Part shown: piece after piece, positions 12,401 through 27,400 of the stretch
Layout: the number at the start of each line of letters is the position of its first letter
Position numbering within the stretch: the stretch's first letter is position 1
DNA from: Antedon mediterranea
Taxonomy: Eukaryota; Animalia; Echinodermata
Reading direction: 5' to 3'
Assembly (NCBI RefSeq): GCF_964355755.1
Contig: NC_092673.1
Coordinates: forward strand, 23,371,648 to 23,435,647
Length of the DNA stretch: 64,000 nt
The notes under the pieces: model-generated
What the model was told of the DNA's origin: nothing
The model's input: the letters and a program-made list of their open reading frames with translations, nothing else
The model's database searches: none
Program-made: the position numbers and the translations under genes

Positions 12401-15400
12401 TTTCCAAATACATTCAAGGCAAATGATTTATGGGGATTTTTATCGGTATCTCTTTGATCTACAATTTAGGAGATTAATTCTATGATAGAATGTTTAATAA
12501 AAATATCTCTGTTTTGAGACAAAATGTGGGAAATGTTGCGATTGACATAAATCAACATTAATCATGATTTTTTTCTAAAGTTCAACAAACGGTAATATGG
12601 TACTTGTCATCACACGATTCATGTATTAATAACTTAACAAAATAATGAGTTTAAGCTGACATCCTATTTTCCATCAGTTGTATTTTGAATGCCGTCGCAA
12701 ATGTTTGAATAAATCATCTAAAACAATAAAACACAAACATAAAGAATACATTACAGTACTTATGTATGCAATAAATGTTTTCAAGTGCCATCGTGACTGC
12801 GTCGTAATTTACTGTACCTTTTTAGTTGACTTGAACACGTTGCATTTAAAAACGTTAGTCTGACTATCTCTGGCAATGTAGCTGAAAATGCGCAGTTCCT
12901 GGGAATCATGGGAAACGTAGAAAACTCTGTAAAACAAGAAATAAAGTATTTATTAGAGTAAATAAGGCAAGAGGACATGACTTTTATTATAAATTGTAAC
13001 CCCTAACTGTCATTTGATTGAACAATTGTGGGTCACATGGCATGCAATAGTACACACTATTGAACGGTCATTCAATAGTAGTTTTTAAATTTTTTTTTTG
13101 ATCAGTACGAGCACTTATAAATACAATTATTTCTTATAATGTATCATTTGTAAAATCATACATTTAACATACAGTAGCTAAATGATTTTGAGAAGATGCC
13201 TAATTTGCTGACCTACAGTATACTACGTACTGTTTACATGATAAAAAATATGGAATGAAACGATAACATTAACTTACTAAAGTTGCTTATGATTTTTAGA
13301 TGCCTAAACTATACTACTGTCTCGCATACATAATATATTGCATGATATAAACATTAACTTCTATAAAAGGAGGACTTGTAGTAAAGTTGCTTCCTTAATT
13401 CTGAACTATAGCAGAAAAACAAACTGTACAAAATTACAATTAAATTATAACTAGTTCTATACTACAGTTTCCTATTTTAATTAGCATACGCTAGCGACAA
13501 TGAGCTTATCATGGCGCCATTAGATGCATACTTAATATATTTCAGTGAGTGAGATTCTATAACGCTGTGATGGCAGATTGATTGGTTAATTAATGTACGC
13601 TAATTGCTATCTTATCTAAACGATGCTAAAATGAACAATGGATATGGTATTAATATGTTGATTTCCAAAGTGTCTCACAGCAGTGAGTAACCACAAACAA
13701 CAGAAGAACAGCACTGTAGGCTATTGGTAATTGTCTTGTTGACACCTAGGCAGTAATGCACCTAGGCCTAGATATACGATCTAGGACTAACTCAGGACTT
13801 AAAGGTATACCCAAGGTATATTAGTGCACAATGCTGATAGCAAGGACAAATTATTAACTGTTGAGGAAAAAAAATGGACACAGAGATACACTTATCACTA
13901 CAATACAATGGAAGTTTTTAAGAAACGTTCTGATGGGATCAAACATTAAATTAAATCAGCATCTTATGATGGAACTAATATGGTTTAGGGTTGTTAAAAG
14001 ACTCCTTGCTAAAACACTTATTGTTTTAGACATGCAATCCATATCTCCATATATCAGTGTGAACAGGTTCATAGTCTTAGCTAGTCATAAATTTATATTT
14101 CTATCCAGCTAATGTTTATTAATTTATATTGCTCATTGTTGTCTAGCTTCACCAAGTTTACGACAGTTTTGTAATGCTAATAGAGATAGCAAAATAACAT
14201 GACACCAAATCCTACCACTAATAAAGTGCTCAGAATTTAATTTATTGAATTCAAAAGCAAATAACACTTTAAACGAATAGTGAAATTAATTATACAGTAC
14301 ACCCATAGACCTTCAAATAGGTGATGTATAAAAATGTTTGTTTTTCTATGTTGTCAGAAATTAGAAAGTTTAGTCTTGGAATGTGATGGTGATAGGATAG
14401 GTGACCAATCAAAATACAGCTGAGACAAGTAGTAATTTTCAAAACTAAATCAAAGCATTTAACATCATCCTGTAAAAGGTGGTTACATATTTCAGTATCT
14501 GCCAATAATGCAAAGTGACATTTGTTGAACAAACAAGTTAGTCATTTTCAAAGTAATTTATGGGAAACCCCCAGTAAAAAAACATGATAATTATGGTCAA
14601 ATCAATGACACATGGCCTAAAACGTCCTGCTTCTGGGTTTTCCCAACAAGCCAAAGAAATAAAGACATTTTTGACAAATCATTCTGTCCATCCACGCTCA
14701 GGAAATTGATGTTGTTGAAAATTCTGTTGATATTGTACTTATGTAATTTATGGGAAACCCCCAGTAAAAACATCAAATCAATGATACATGTCCTGAAAAG
14801 CCCTGATTCTGGGTTTTCCCAGTACAAAGCAAAGAAATAAAATAAATCATTCTATCCATCCATGTTCAAAAATTGATGTTGAAAATTCTGTTGATATTGC
14901 ACTTTGTTCTTTTAAACATTTTTTTAGACATTTTCGTTTATACAGACAGATTTTCTTTCTTACCTATATACTGGGTGATGCATGATCATCAATTTACATT
15001 CATCCCAAGTCCATTGCTTCTTCTGAAAATAAAACAAAAGGAGCATTGTAATGTCATAATATATCTCAAAGAAATTAAATTGAGAATGATTGGAATCATT
15101 GGGAATCATTGGAATTATTTTATCCATGGAGAAAATTAGTTCTAAAATGTCAAGATCAAGCATGGACCTATAAATTAGGCCCATGGATCAAGATGTCAGT
15201 CAAGGTATGGTCAGGGTATAAAATTATCAAATTAACATTGTTAATAAATTAGCCATCAATGGAGGTGTCTGTCAAAACAGCAGGACAGCAGTTAATAGGG
15301 TTGTACTGTACTTAATTACAAAGATAATTAAGTCATATAAAATATAATATAATATTTGTAAATTTCTTTTTTTGCTTTAAATTTTGTTTTTATCCTGATA

Positions 15401-18400
15401 AAATGCCAGTAAATACCACATCCATTGTGTCATTGTGAGATACACAGAGGTCTGCGAGTTCACCAGCAAAGCTAAACATAAAGGCCTCACAACACAGTAG
15501 ACCTACATCTGACCTCACATTGTAATATCATGGAGGAATTATAACTCCTCTATGATTGTCCAATGAACTACGGGTAAATTGAATTCAGACATATCCCCCT
15601 TTGATATATCACTTGCTCTGATGAAGGAATAGTATTGCCCAAAAGCTCTGTTAATTTATCTGGATGTTTTACTTTTATCGTTCTGATTTAGTTTTTGCTT
15701 ATTTTATTTTTTTTTATCTCCATTGAGATCCAGCATTGTCATTATTTTAAGTTATTTTTCTTTTGGATTTATATATAATACTATCACTATAGTAATTATA
15801 TTAACAGATGTCGTGAATTAAAACATGTAATAATTATACTTATTATTTTTAATAATAGCAATATAATACCTTTTTCTTCTTTCGTAGTGAAACCTTTATG
15901 CCGTCCACAGAAATACAAATGTTCACTTTCTTTTTCTTTATTGCTTTCGCTTTGAATTCATACTGCAAAAAAAAACAAAACAAAAATAAATAAGTTTACT
16001 GAAACACTGTAGCTTCTTGAAAAAACATTTTTTTTAATAATAAAAATTGATCCATAAAAAAAACAGGGTACAAAAAAAGGAGTGAGAATTTGAACACATG
16101 CATGCACTCAATTCCTCAATTCAATATATATAACAAATAAAATCAGTTTTCCATATAACAATTAAAATGTTTGAAATTTGTCATATTTTTACATTTTCAA
16201 CATTTTTTCCCCAGACAGTTGGGAGGTTTGATAGCCTGTATCTTTAATATTAATATACATTATCAATAGAGAACAACCCAACACCGACATATTATTTGTA
16301 TTTAACTATAAATACATACCATTTCATGTGTACTATTTATTTATTTACGCTATATTAATCGACTTGAAATTATCATTGAAAGAGCCTTGTATGAACTATT
16401 CAACTGAGAGATTATTTAAACAACATGACAGAGGTGATGTTTATGACACCTGCATATACCAAGTGTGTACTTATACTAAATAGTGAATGTGTGAAGGTAT
16501 TGCACTATATTGCATATACCTGTGTAGATATTAATTTGTTCGGTCGGCTTCCTTCTAATGTGACAGGTAAAATTGTGTATTTCGATGAATGCCCATTCGT
16601 TAATTAAGTATGCATCACAAGCTCAGTTGCTTTTGAAGTGTTTAAGCCTATGTACATTTTCTGTGTGAGTAAATAGCTGTGGTATGGTACCTTGGAAGTA
16701 AATTAATTCTACATAGCACATTGTGATCATACATAGAAGTATGTATCACCCTTTTTGTTGTAATAAGTATTAGTAATAATTGTGCCTTGTTAGGAATCTG
16801 GTCAACTGTCACATAATTGTGATCAACAATCTTAATTTTGAACGAAATTGAATGAATTTTCAATAGCAAATATGAACATAAATAACATGTTGCTCCTAAA
16901 CTTGGAAGAGGAAGGAAACATCAACGCATTAATTTTTAGGCTAAACACAATATTTTTCCATAGCATAGCAGAATACGAAAAAAAGGGTCATAACATGGTC
17001 ACAACTACTAATACTTCACACCTCTCAACTCAATAGTAAAAACAATAACATTTCAAATGAATTTGTACTGTGTGTACGATACAGCCATGAATTAGATCAA
17101 TTCATACATATGGTTCATACTATAATAATAAAAATAATCATAAACGGTTGGATAAGTGTACAAAGAAAAACAGAGCATTGTTTATTTTCTATAGATAATG
17201 AGTACAAAAGCTATAATGGTGATCATTATGCTCAAGTGGTTGTCAAAAGGAGCATCGATTTCGATTTGTACATGAGTGAGCAAGCCTTCAATAAGTACAT
17301 TTTAATTCAAATTGAACTGTAAACTGAAGTTGAAAGATCACAATGGATTGTAAGGGCATGATCATCAACGTTTTACCAACAGGTGTCTTTAAATATCAAC
17401 ACAAAAAATGACTATTTTATGCTTATTTTGGAATAGGCAAACACAATACAAATACTCTCCAGAATAGCAAGACCCAATCTAGAATATTACATACACTACC
17501 TCTTTTAAACCAGCTAAAAACGTTGATGAACACAAAGTCTATAAAACGCAAGTGAGTGGCTGAGCTGTTAAGACAGTAGAACCGTAATATAAGTAGCCAT
17601 GTTAATATTGGCAAGGGTTCAAGCCTTACTCGCTCCATGGTTCTGGTGGTAGAAATCTTCTCGAATATTGAGGACTATAAATCGTAGGTCCAATGTACAC
17701 AAAATGCTTGTGTGCATTTTAAAGAACCTAGTACATCTTTTGAGATGAGTAGGGGTTACCCCAGTGTACTATTTCACACAGCCACTGTCATACACAGCCA
17801 CTACTGAAGGTAGTGTAGTCCTTCTAGTAGGCCTTCTAGTTGCAAAATCTTGGAGCTTGGAGGCCACTTGATAGAAGAAAACTAACTATATCATTAATCC
17901 ATATACACAGTATTGAACAGGACTAGAAAACTTGCCTACCACCAACAAAATAATGTCAGGTATGTAGAATTTCACTGCCTTTCGACAATTGTGATTAATT
18001 TCACTATAAAGTGATCTAAAGAAAAATTGAAATTTGTTTTTGTTCACAAAAATAAATAGGCAAGTTGAAAGTTGGACAGATATAAGTTGTATGGGGGTAA
18101 ACAGATTTTAAATATGATAATTTTAAAAAATCATTTTCTACACAACTTATTGAAAAATGCCTATAATACACTACTTAGCGCCATATGAACAATGATTGTA
18201 ATGATAAACACATCACAGAGTAAACACATTGACAGTGTGATATCGTCAGGCCCAGCATGACTTCTTACAAGAAGTTGATTGTTAACTGTTACAGGCATTT
18301 AATGTTTCAACATGGAGAAATACGAATACGAATAGAACTTTATTGCAATCAAACGAAAGATTGAAGTTTCTCCATGGTTTCAACAAGCTAATTTTACACA

Positions 18401-21400
18401 TACAGTGATCTAGCCTAGTCTAGCATAGACTTGTATATGGATATAATAATATAGAATATACTTTACTGTTTACTTTCTTTTATTCATTATGCTCCATGTA
18501 TACATTCTCAAGAAATTAATTTTACTTTATTGTATTAATTGTAATAATTACTCAAACGGTATGACATCGATCCTGCTCTAGGAAAAACTATGATTACAAA
18601 TGGATAACAATCTTCAAGCTGAATCATATAAACTCACATTCACTCACACTTCTTCTTACAAATTTGTCATTTTGGCTTATGAAATCATGTAGAAAATGCC
18701 GAAATCATGTAGAAAATGCCGGACTCCTGAATCCTTTGCAAAAAAACACCAAGCACAGGGCTTGGATATGCGTTGAGTACTAAACAGTGAGTTTTTCATA
18801 CGGTAAGTCAGATCAGGCGTTGCAAAGCCTAGAGAATGAATTGTAATCTGCCAGTGTGAACTAGCCCTAAATTATGTTAAGGTTATGGTTCTTGATCTAC
18901 ATTTAATTTCTTTCTTAACATTTCATTCAAATCAATAACTAGTGCAAGATAGCTTCTGATTGCGGAGATGACGAGAATATTGACAGAAATAACATTCCAT
19001 TTACGTCCTCTGAGAAGCTTTATTATAAGAAATAATACACAGTAGTCAAGCTGGGAATAACACTTAATTGGATGGAAACAAACATTAAATTGAGAATTCA
19101 TATGACAATAAGATGATATCTACCGGCAATCACTGCACTACAAAATTTTGTTCGTTGGGTAATAGGGCATCATTCTTTAAATCACTGCAAAAAACTGTAA
19201 ATCTAATTACAGTATAATAATATAAACCACCCATTCAGGAGACATCCCTGCAAAAGGGACACTTTAAAAATTAGGGACAATTTGTGTTTTAACAATTTCG
19301 ACTACGGTAACCAAAATTATTTCCTAGGATCCTAGGACCATGAAGACCAGCACTAACATGTTCACTTATTTTTTTATGTCTTTAGGCACATGCGGCCAAG
19401 GATTACCAATAGAAAATTAATCACTGTCCTATTAGATAGTTGGTAATCCCCTATTTGTTGCTATTTTGTGAACCAGTTCAGCGGGAACACCGTACTCATC
19501 CCAAATGATGGACTGGGTTCTTTAAAGTACACCAAGGGTTATAATTGTGTACACTGGATCTATGGTTTATAGTTCTTATCCGAGAAGACTTGTTCGACCA
19601 TCAGAACTATGAACAAGCCTCAAACCCTTGCCGATATTGTTGGCTCTTTAGGTACGGTAAACGGCGCCCCTGCCTTAACCGCTTGGCCATCTGACTCGCC
19701 CTAAAGTTACTTCCATGAATGTGACATAGATTGAAGCATTGCATGTAATCTGTAAAGATGATGTTCATTAGATACACTGTAATCATATTTCTTAAATACA
19801 AGGCCCTCCATTCATTAAATACTAATTACATTTTACATCCTCCATTTCACTGTATATTCTCCAGCATAATCAAATTAGCTATCTAGTAAATGACCAAGTG
19901 CTACAAATGAATTTTGGCTCTAAACTGATGGAATTTGTGAAGCATACATGCATTGAGATAATATAACAAGAATACATTTTATATTCCCATCGTCCTACTA
20001 AATCATTACAAATGAAATAGAAGCATTAAGTTTTACATCATAGCATATTATTCCTTGAGGAGTTTACCTCATAAAACGTTTTCTCAACCACTCAGTGGAT
20101 AAGTATCCCAGAGTGCATTTCATTTCCTTCAGCTCAATGCACTGTATTGTTTTAACAGACTAAAAAGATGAGTACAACCATAGAGATATTTACAACGACT
20201 AAAATACTTCCTCCCATGACAATTTGAATTTATAGTAAATATAAATTATTAAAAATGATATTAAACTTAATCTGTAGATTTATTGTTTGCTTTGGTAATA
20301 AAATAATACAGGAAAAATATAATTTAAAATAAAAAAAACAATATGGAATTATATAGTAGAGCTCCTCCCTTGGGACACTCCTATTCAGGGGACAACCCTA
20401 AAACACTTGTACAGTAGGATCTACCTCGTTTAAAGGATATAGATTGAATGCCAGAGAATTCTTGGAAATAATATCAATGTATAATCATCTATAATTGGAT
20501 TTGATATTTCAATTATGGCCAACTTGAACTATGATATTAATAATAAATTATCAAAAAATCTACAGAGACAGTATACATTGCTTGATACCCCAATATTATT
20601 TTTTTACTATATAATAGATAAATTAACTAAGTAAATTTAAAGATATTATTATACTGTAATAGATATCACTTTAATATTTTAATTTGCACTGAGGAAGGGT
20701 TAGTACTACCCAAAAGCTCAGCAATTCAGGGAAATCATTTTGATTTAGGTTTATTGTATCTCCATTGAGAAACAGCCACGTACACACAGTAACTGTAAGT
20801 AATTAATACAGTATATTCATTTATATCATACTCAACTGGTCATTTTCTGGGAAAACCATGTTCACACGAAAGTAAAAAACCCCAGGTAGAACAGTACAGT
20901 ATATTGAAAGTCCCTTCCTCCCACACCCCAAAAAGTTGTGATTGCTAGTCATGCTGCTGATTTTGCTAGTAAAAGTTTGCTAATTTTCGAGAAATTCTGA
21001 GCCCTGCACCCCAACCCCACACACCCCATGGATAGCACAAGGAAATAATTAACTGAATACTTGACATGAGAAAAATGTATTAAAAAACAAGTATTTTCAC
21101 TTTAAATGTTGCAACAGGTTGATTTAATGATCTAAGATTGGACAAGCAAGTTCATGAACAAACAACAAATAGGTTAATATAAGTAGGTTGTTAGGGAAAG
21201 AGTTGAGGAAAGAATATAGGGGTATGTTCAGACTCACAGAGTTACGGTGGAGTTATGTAAGCGGCGTACATATTTTTGTGTCTGAACCAGGCCGCGAATT
21301 AGCGTTAGGAAGCTGTTACTCCGCGCCAGTGGCGTTAATAACTCTAGCGGGACTCGAGAGGGTAGATTTAATAACGCTAATCCAGTGATGCATCAGTAAT

Positions 21401-24400
21401 TTTAACCTTTACCAATGACAAGACACGACCACAATTAACAAAAATTAACAGTAACTTTATATTATGTACTGTACCTGTATACGACAGTGAAATAGCTATG
21501 TCAAATGTATTTCCAGGTTTTCAATTTTAAAAAACCTTAAAGTTGGCGTCAGTGATATGATATTTTCATAAATTAAATCAATTAATAAGATAATTGTCCG
21601 TGTAATAATTACGTTTTAAATTATATTGAATTAAAATGCAATTCTCAAGTAGTAAGAACAAATCAGTATTTGAAGATAACATTATGTAAATAAAAATAAC
21701 AAAAACAATGTAAACTTTCATGCATTATCATGAATGTATACATATACAGTAGTTCTATCTGCTTTGACCTGATCAGAGTGTTTTAAACGCAAGGCATTAG
21801 AATGTTGATCGTTGTGTCTGAACACCTTGGCTTCTAACGCCACGGATTACTGTACGCCTTGCGTAGATAACTCCACGGTAACTCCATGAGTCTGAAAATA
21901 CCCTGAAAGTGACAACATACTTCAACCAATTTTGAAAACATACATTTTTTGTTAAGGTACTAAAAAAGAGACAAGAGCTTTAATTAAAAATATAAAAGAG
22001 AAACATTGTAAATTGAATAGTGATATTTTTTCTTTATATTTATTGTTATGTAGCTCCACATCTATGTTTAAAAATCAGCCACTCATCTGCCTTTAGTTAG
22101 ACTAATGAGAGGAGTATATAATGAATTTTACTAATAATAACCATGTCTTTATCAATTATCTATACTCTAATTACTAATGAAATTATAAATTAAAGCAACG
22201 TTCAATTATTTCACTGTTTAATGATCAATCAATTGATTTAATTATAATTGTGTAAACCATTGGTTAGCAAAGTAAACTACTGCAAATTATTTAACATTTA
22301 AACTAGAATAAACATAAGTGTTTTTTTCAGAATTTATTGGCATGACATCTTCCATGTAACATTTATTTTACTATGGTTAAACTTCTTTATTAATTTTTTT
22401 AATGACTTGATGTTGATGACCTATAGCACAGCTGATATTACTGTTTCAAGGGGTATACAGATTACAATTAATGTACAGTCTATTTCCGTTTCTGTTTAGT
22501 AACAGTTCAAGGCTGAAATTGATTGTTATTAGAATGATGAAAAATTGAATCAAAATTAAATCAATTAAGTTCGTTGATTACGCCTTAATGAGTAAAATGT
22601 TGAAGAAATTTATGACGTTTTGAACAAACTCATTATATTCCTGAATGCCCCTTTTCAAGTTAGAGATGAGCAGAAGTGGTGAGTTGGCCTAACAACACTT
22701 TGTAGAGAAATGAACCATCCTATGAAAATGGAATTGATAGACCAACAAAAGATTTCTCATCGATACAGTTTCATAGTGGTTAGCCAGTTCCCTCACAAAT
22801 TGATAATGATCATTGCTGCTGTGCTCATAACTTTAATACAATTAATAAATATTATTTCTTTCTCATTCATAACCTACAGTAGGAATGTTTGTAGGCACCT
22901 TGGTACTTGACATGTTTTTATAGCTTCATATATGATAAAAATGCAGTTGTTTACAAGTCAACAATTAAAATCCATATTTTCAACATAAATTATTTACCAT
23001 TCAAACAAAACAATACCAAACATTTTTCAGAATCATTGAACTTTTAAACTTTCACCAACACTGCGATTGGCTTAGTTTTTCTTCCTTTATGAGAAGTTTT
23101 ATAAAAATAAAATAAATATAAAATGTAGGAACAAAATTTGATATTTAGTTCATTCTTAAAGAATGTGGATAAAATGTTGAATTGGAATTGTTTACAATTT
23201 CCTTATTGCTGGTCAGTGATGTGTTGAGTGACTCACTTTTGAGCTCAGTCTTGAAATATGCAGAAAATGAAACAAGTTGCAGAGTGAGTTCAACAAAATC
23301 AGTTACGTTTTTGCTAAAATATTTGACCTAATAACAGTTGCTGAATTATTTATATGCTAGCTGTTACAAACCTTCAAATAATATACATAGTATTTGTTGT
23401 GACTAAAAGTGAAAATGATGATGATGACAGTATTTCTGTTGATGAGAATGTGTCTTTAAAGATGATGTCACACAAGCAGTCAAAAAGAGCATCATCATAA
23501 ATTAAGCACTGTCTTCACTATCAAACTAGTCACTGTCTTCACTACACATAAATGTGATGTGCCCAATATGGTAGTGAAATTCTCAAATGTGGTAGTGATA
23601 TGACATCATCATGTCCATATATGGGCACATAACACTTAATATTTGTCACAAGTTTGGCAGAGCTTTAGACAGCGATATTGCTTAATAATAAGGAAAACAT
23701 GTTGGCAAACGTGGCGTGTCATACATATAATTGAACTGTAATATTATAGTTTAGGCCAAAAATGATCTGCTGGTGGTGCTCGTAAAAGAACACAACAACA
23801 ACACATTAAAAGACAAATTGAATAAAGTGTAATTTTCACCCAATGAATATGCTGTTATTGTCTTTCTGAAAGTATGAACCCCAGACATGAAGATGTCTGG
23901 GGTAGCAACACAAGTAATTTGACCAAGTGGCAGTTATTACTATTACAATATTATTATCAGATTTTAAATTGTAAATATATGCAGTACTATTAAAATACAG
24001 CCTTCACAAATATATTTACACAGTACAGTTGTAATCCAGATAAACAGCAATAAAGAACAACAATACAGGGGTCAATTATCACATTGTTTTTGATTGACCA
24101 TAGGTCATCTACAGTGTAGTACTAAATAAAGTCAATAAATGGCATTTTATGACCAGTAGCAGAAGTTGTGGGTTTCTTGCCTGGATTGAATGACCATCTG
24201 CATAAACAGACTGCCTATATTAATTGCTTCCTAAATAGTGGTTTATGACAAACATTTTACGATGTAATTAATTATCAGTTAGTCACAAAAAATAATACAA
24301 GCTGAAATTTAGCTTTTTACTGATAAGATCTAACTTGATCATGAAATCTCTGTTAAGCTTTGTTGATTTATATTTCAGCTGGTGTGTCAACAGTGAAAGG

Positions 24401-27400
24401 CCCAGAATAAGCTATTTAAGCTGATCTTATATTCAACTAAATGTATACATTTGCTAAGACAATGAACTTCCTTCACTTGTGAATTCTGAATTTGTAAAAG
24501 AGAAAATGAGGGAAAAAGGTCTATGTCGGTTTATCCAGGTAAGCTAGGCACGAAATAGACTTCAATATTTTCTCAACAGACGGTAGTATGTCAACCTTAA
24601 TTGTACATACAATATTAAAATGATGAAAAGAGGGCTCCTCAAAATATCCCCCTAGTTGAAATAAATGTTTAATTTCTAAAAGTTCTTTATCTTCCATCAT
24701 GTATCTCACACATAAAATACATAAATCATTATATTAGTAATGAGGATGATCATAAAATAATTTAACCGCCGTAATTTAAAGTCCCTATTGAGTATTGGCT
24801 GTTAACATTTTAATAGTAAGCTTTATTTAAATTCAACGCCAACACAATAACTAGCCTAACTAATTTCATGATATAGTTGGCAATTCACGAGACATCTCAC
24901 CGGAGTTGTAGCGTAATTCATGCTTTGCTTGTTACGGTACAATTTACATATTGTTGGAATCATTTAGACATGCCCGAAATTGCGTTTTCGTGTGCATAAT
25001 GAATTTTTACTCAAGGAATCACTTAGTGGACTATCAAAGGTGATCTTATTTTGATCTTGTAAGGAAAAAAGATTTAAGAAAATTGTCTGACTGCTTGTGA
25101 AAAAGACAGCCGTATTCAGTTGATGATTGCATAAATCATTTAATTATTAGTGTCATCTACTGTAATGAAATTGAAATGAGGCAGTAGTCAAGAAGGAGAA
25201 TCAAAATCAAAATAGACAACATTATTAAGTTATTAACAAATCCTAAAATGATAAAGTTCATTAAAATAAAGAAAATCCTATGTCACAGTTTGTAAAAATT
25301 TTGTTTCTAAAATCTTAAATTTTTAGAAACAAGAATCTTTTATAGAATACTTTCATGTTGTATTCTGAATAGCCAGGCATAACAGACATAGCACCAGTAA
25401 TGCATGATCATGATGTTGTACCTAATTGGCACATTGATGCGGCCATATTTGATAGTCCCTCTGTTTTGTAGCTATTCTACAGTAGTTTAAATTATGCTTA
25501 ATCCTCACATTCTTACAGGTTCATTCAGTGATCCAGAACAGAAGAGATACATGCTGGGGTTCAGTGATTTCCATGTTCTTTAATTGTATCAGGTTACCAG
25601 GTAACCACAACCTGTCCTCTAGAGAGCTATTGGCCTAGACACATAGCATGTAGTAACCCGATTTAAAAAGGTGTATCACCAGATTCTCACCTACAGATAC
25701 TATTTTGCCTTATCATTGTATTAGGCTAGATTAAGCTTGGTTCCACTAGCGACACAACGTAATGCACAACGTATGAAAATGCCCTAATTACGTTTGCCCC
25801 ACCTGCGTGACATTAAACCTGTGATGTTTGCAGCACGGCTTCGTCGTCAGTTCTCACTTTTGATCATGCAATACAGTACTTTGCTTCAATACGTCGCTGT
25901 GTAATGTTGTATCGCAAGTGGGAACAATGCTTTACTGTATGACTGATGAAATATGTCAATAACACAGCATTATGTACACATAAAAATAACAAATTCATAG
26001 TAATTTCAACATTTACATTTTCACACATACTGATTACTAATTTTTAATATCAATAACTTATAACACCACACATTTGCATGTTTACAAAAAAAAAACAGAG
26101 AATGAAAAAAGTGGTTAAAACAACAATAAAAAAACACCCCTTTATTAACATTTGGAAATTTCATTATTTAATTCAGTTCAACCACAGTTCAACATGTTTT
26201 TTCAATGATACAATTTTTTTGTTTATTATCTTCAATAAATAAACCATATTGTCTTTTTTCCATTGTGTTGAACAATGCAATAAGATCATTAACATATCAT
26301 AAAGCTATATTGAACCTGTCAGTGTGGAAATACTATCAACACAGATTACAGGAAACATCTATTTCGAACGGTCGCCAGGAAGACGATCATTTTAAATTGC
26401 CTTCTAATATTAACGTTATCAACACAAAGGACACAACCAATGATGCTTTCAACAACCTTAACGTGACCTTTAACCAACACAAAAATACCTTTAGCCTAGG
26501 ACCTATAGAAGCAAGGTATTGATGTTGGCATATCTTCGGGCAAGCATCGCTTAATGATCGTCAGATTTGTTTCTAATAGCCAAATGATATCACTTCAAAA
26601 ACAAGTTAGTCATCTCCCCAGGGCAAGTGGAATTCACCTGAGACAGGATTTCATCTATTATTGTCCGTAATAAGCGTATCGATAGACTATCCGGTATGAG
26701 AGTGTAAAAATATCTCACCCGACCTTTGTAGTTTAAAATTCATAGAAAGATTAATATATGTCGTTCCAATGTTATACTTATTACATCAATATTTTTCAAA
26801 TCGAATGAATGATTTTAAATATACGAATAAATCATATTGCTGTTGTGAAGGCCATACAGTAGTTACTGTAGGTTGTATGCGATAAACAATCCACATAGCA
26901 TATCTAGTGTTCTCATTGTTATAGCAATGAAACTAATTACTAATCTAAGTTGGAGAGTTCCTTTTAAATGTGAAACAAAGTAAATAGAGAATAACTTTTT
27001 CGCATTGTATTTGAATAGTGCACAGGTGTGGACAACAACTTTGTTGTTGTTTATTGATTTTCCACAAATTAATATATATTTTCTTAATAAATCATTAAAT
27101 ATTTATAAATGTTGATGGTGATCAAAATATGTCTAGAAATAGACTGTTTAAAGTCTATTTCTAAAAAGTAGAGACCGCCATTAATAACCAAACAGAAAAA
27201 AACATTAGATGACTTCTTAATCTCTGTATTAATATTCCCTAACAGCTGCCACCAATCAAAAGAAGACTACCAGAGTACTAAAACCAATCAAAAAAGGGCT
27301 GCTTCTATTGAAAAATAAAAAAAGAAATGGTTTTCGTGGAAACCAGTTTCGGCAGTTGTTTATAAATAAAGATCGCGTTGCAGCTCAATTTTTACCCTGC

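Noticed and set aside
19620-19701. tRNA gene
   Set aside because: A/B boxes are present but there is no cloverleaf, and the sequence continues into a SINE body.
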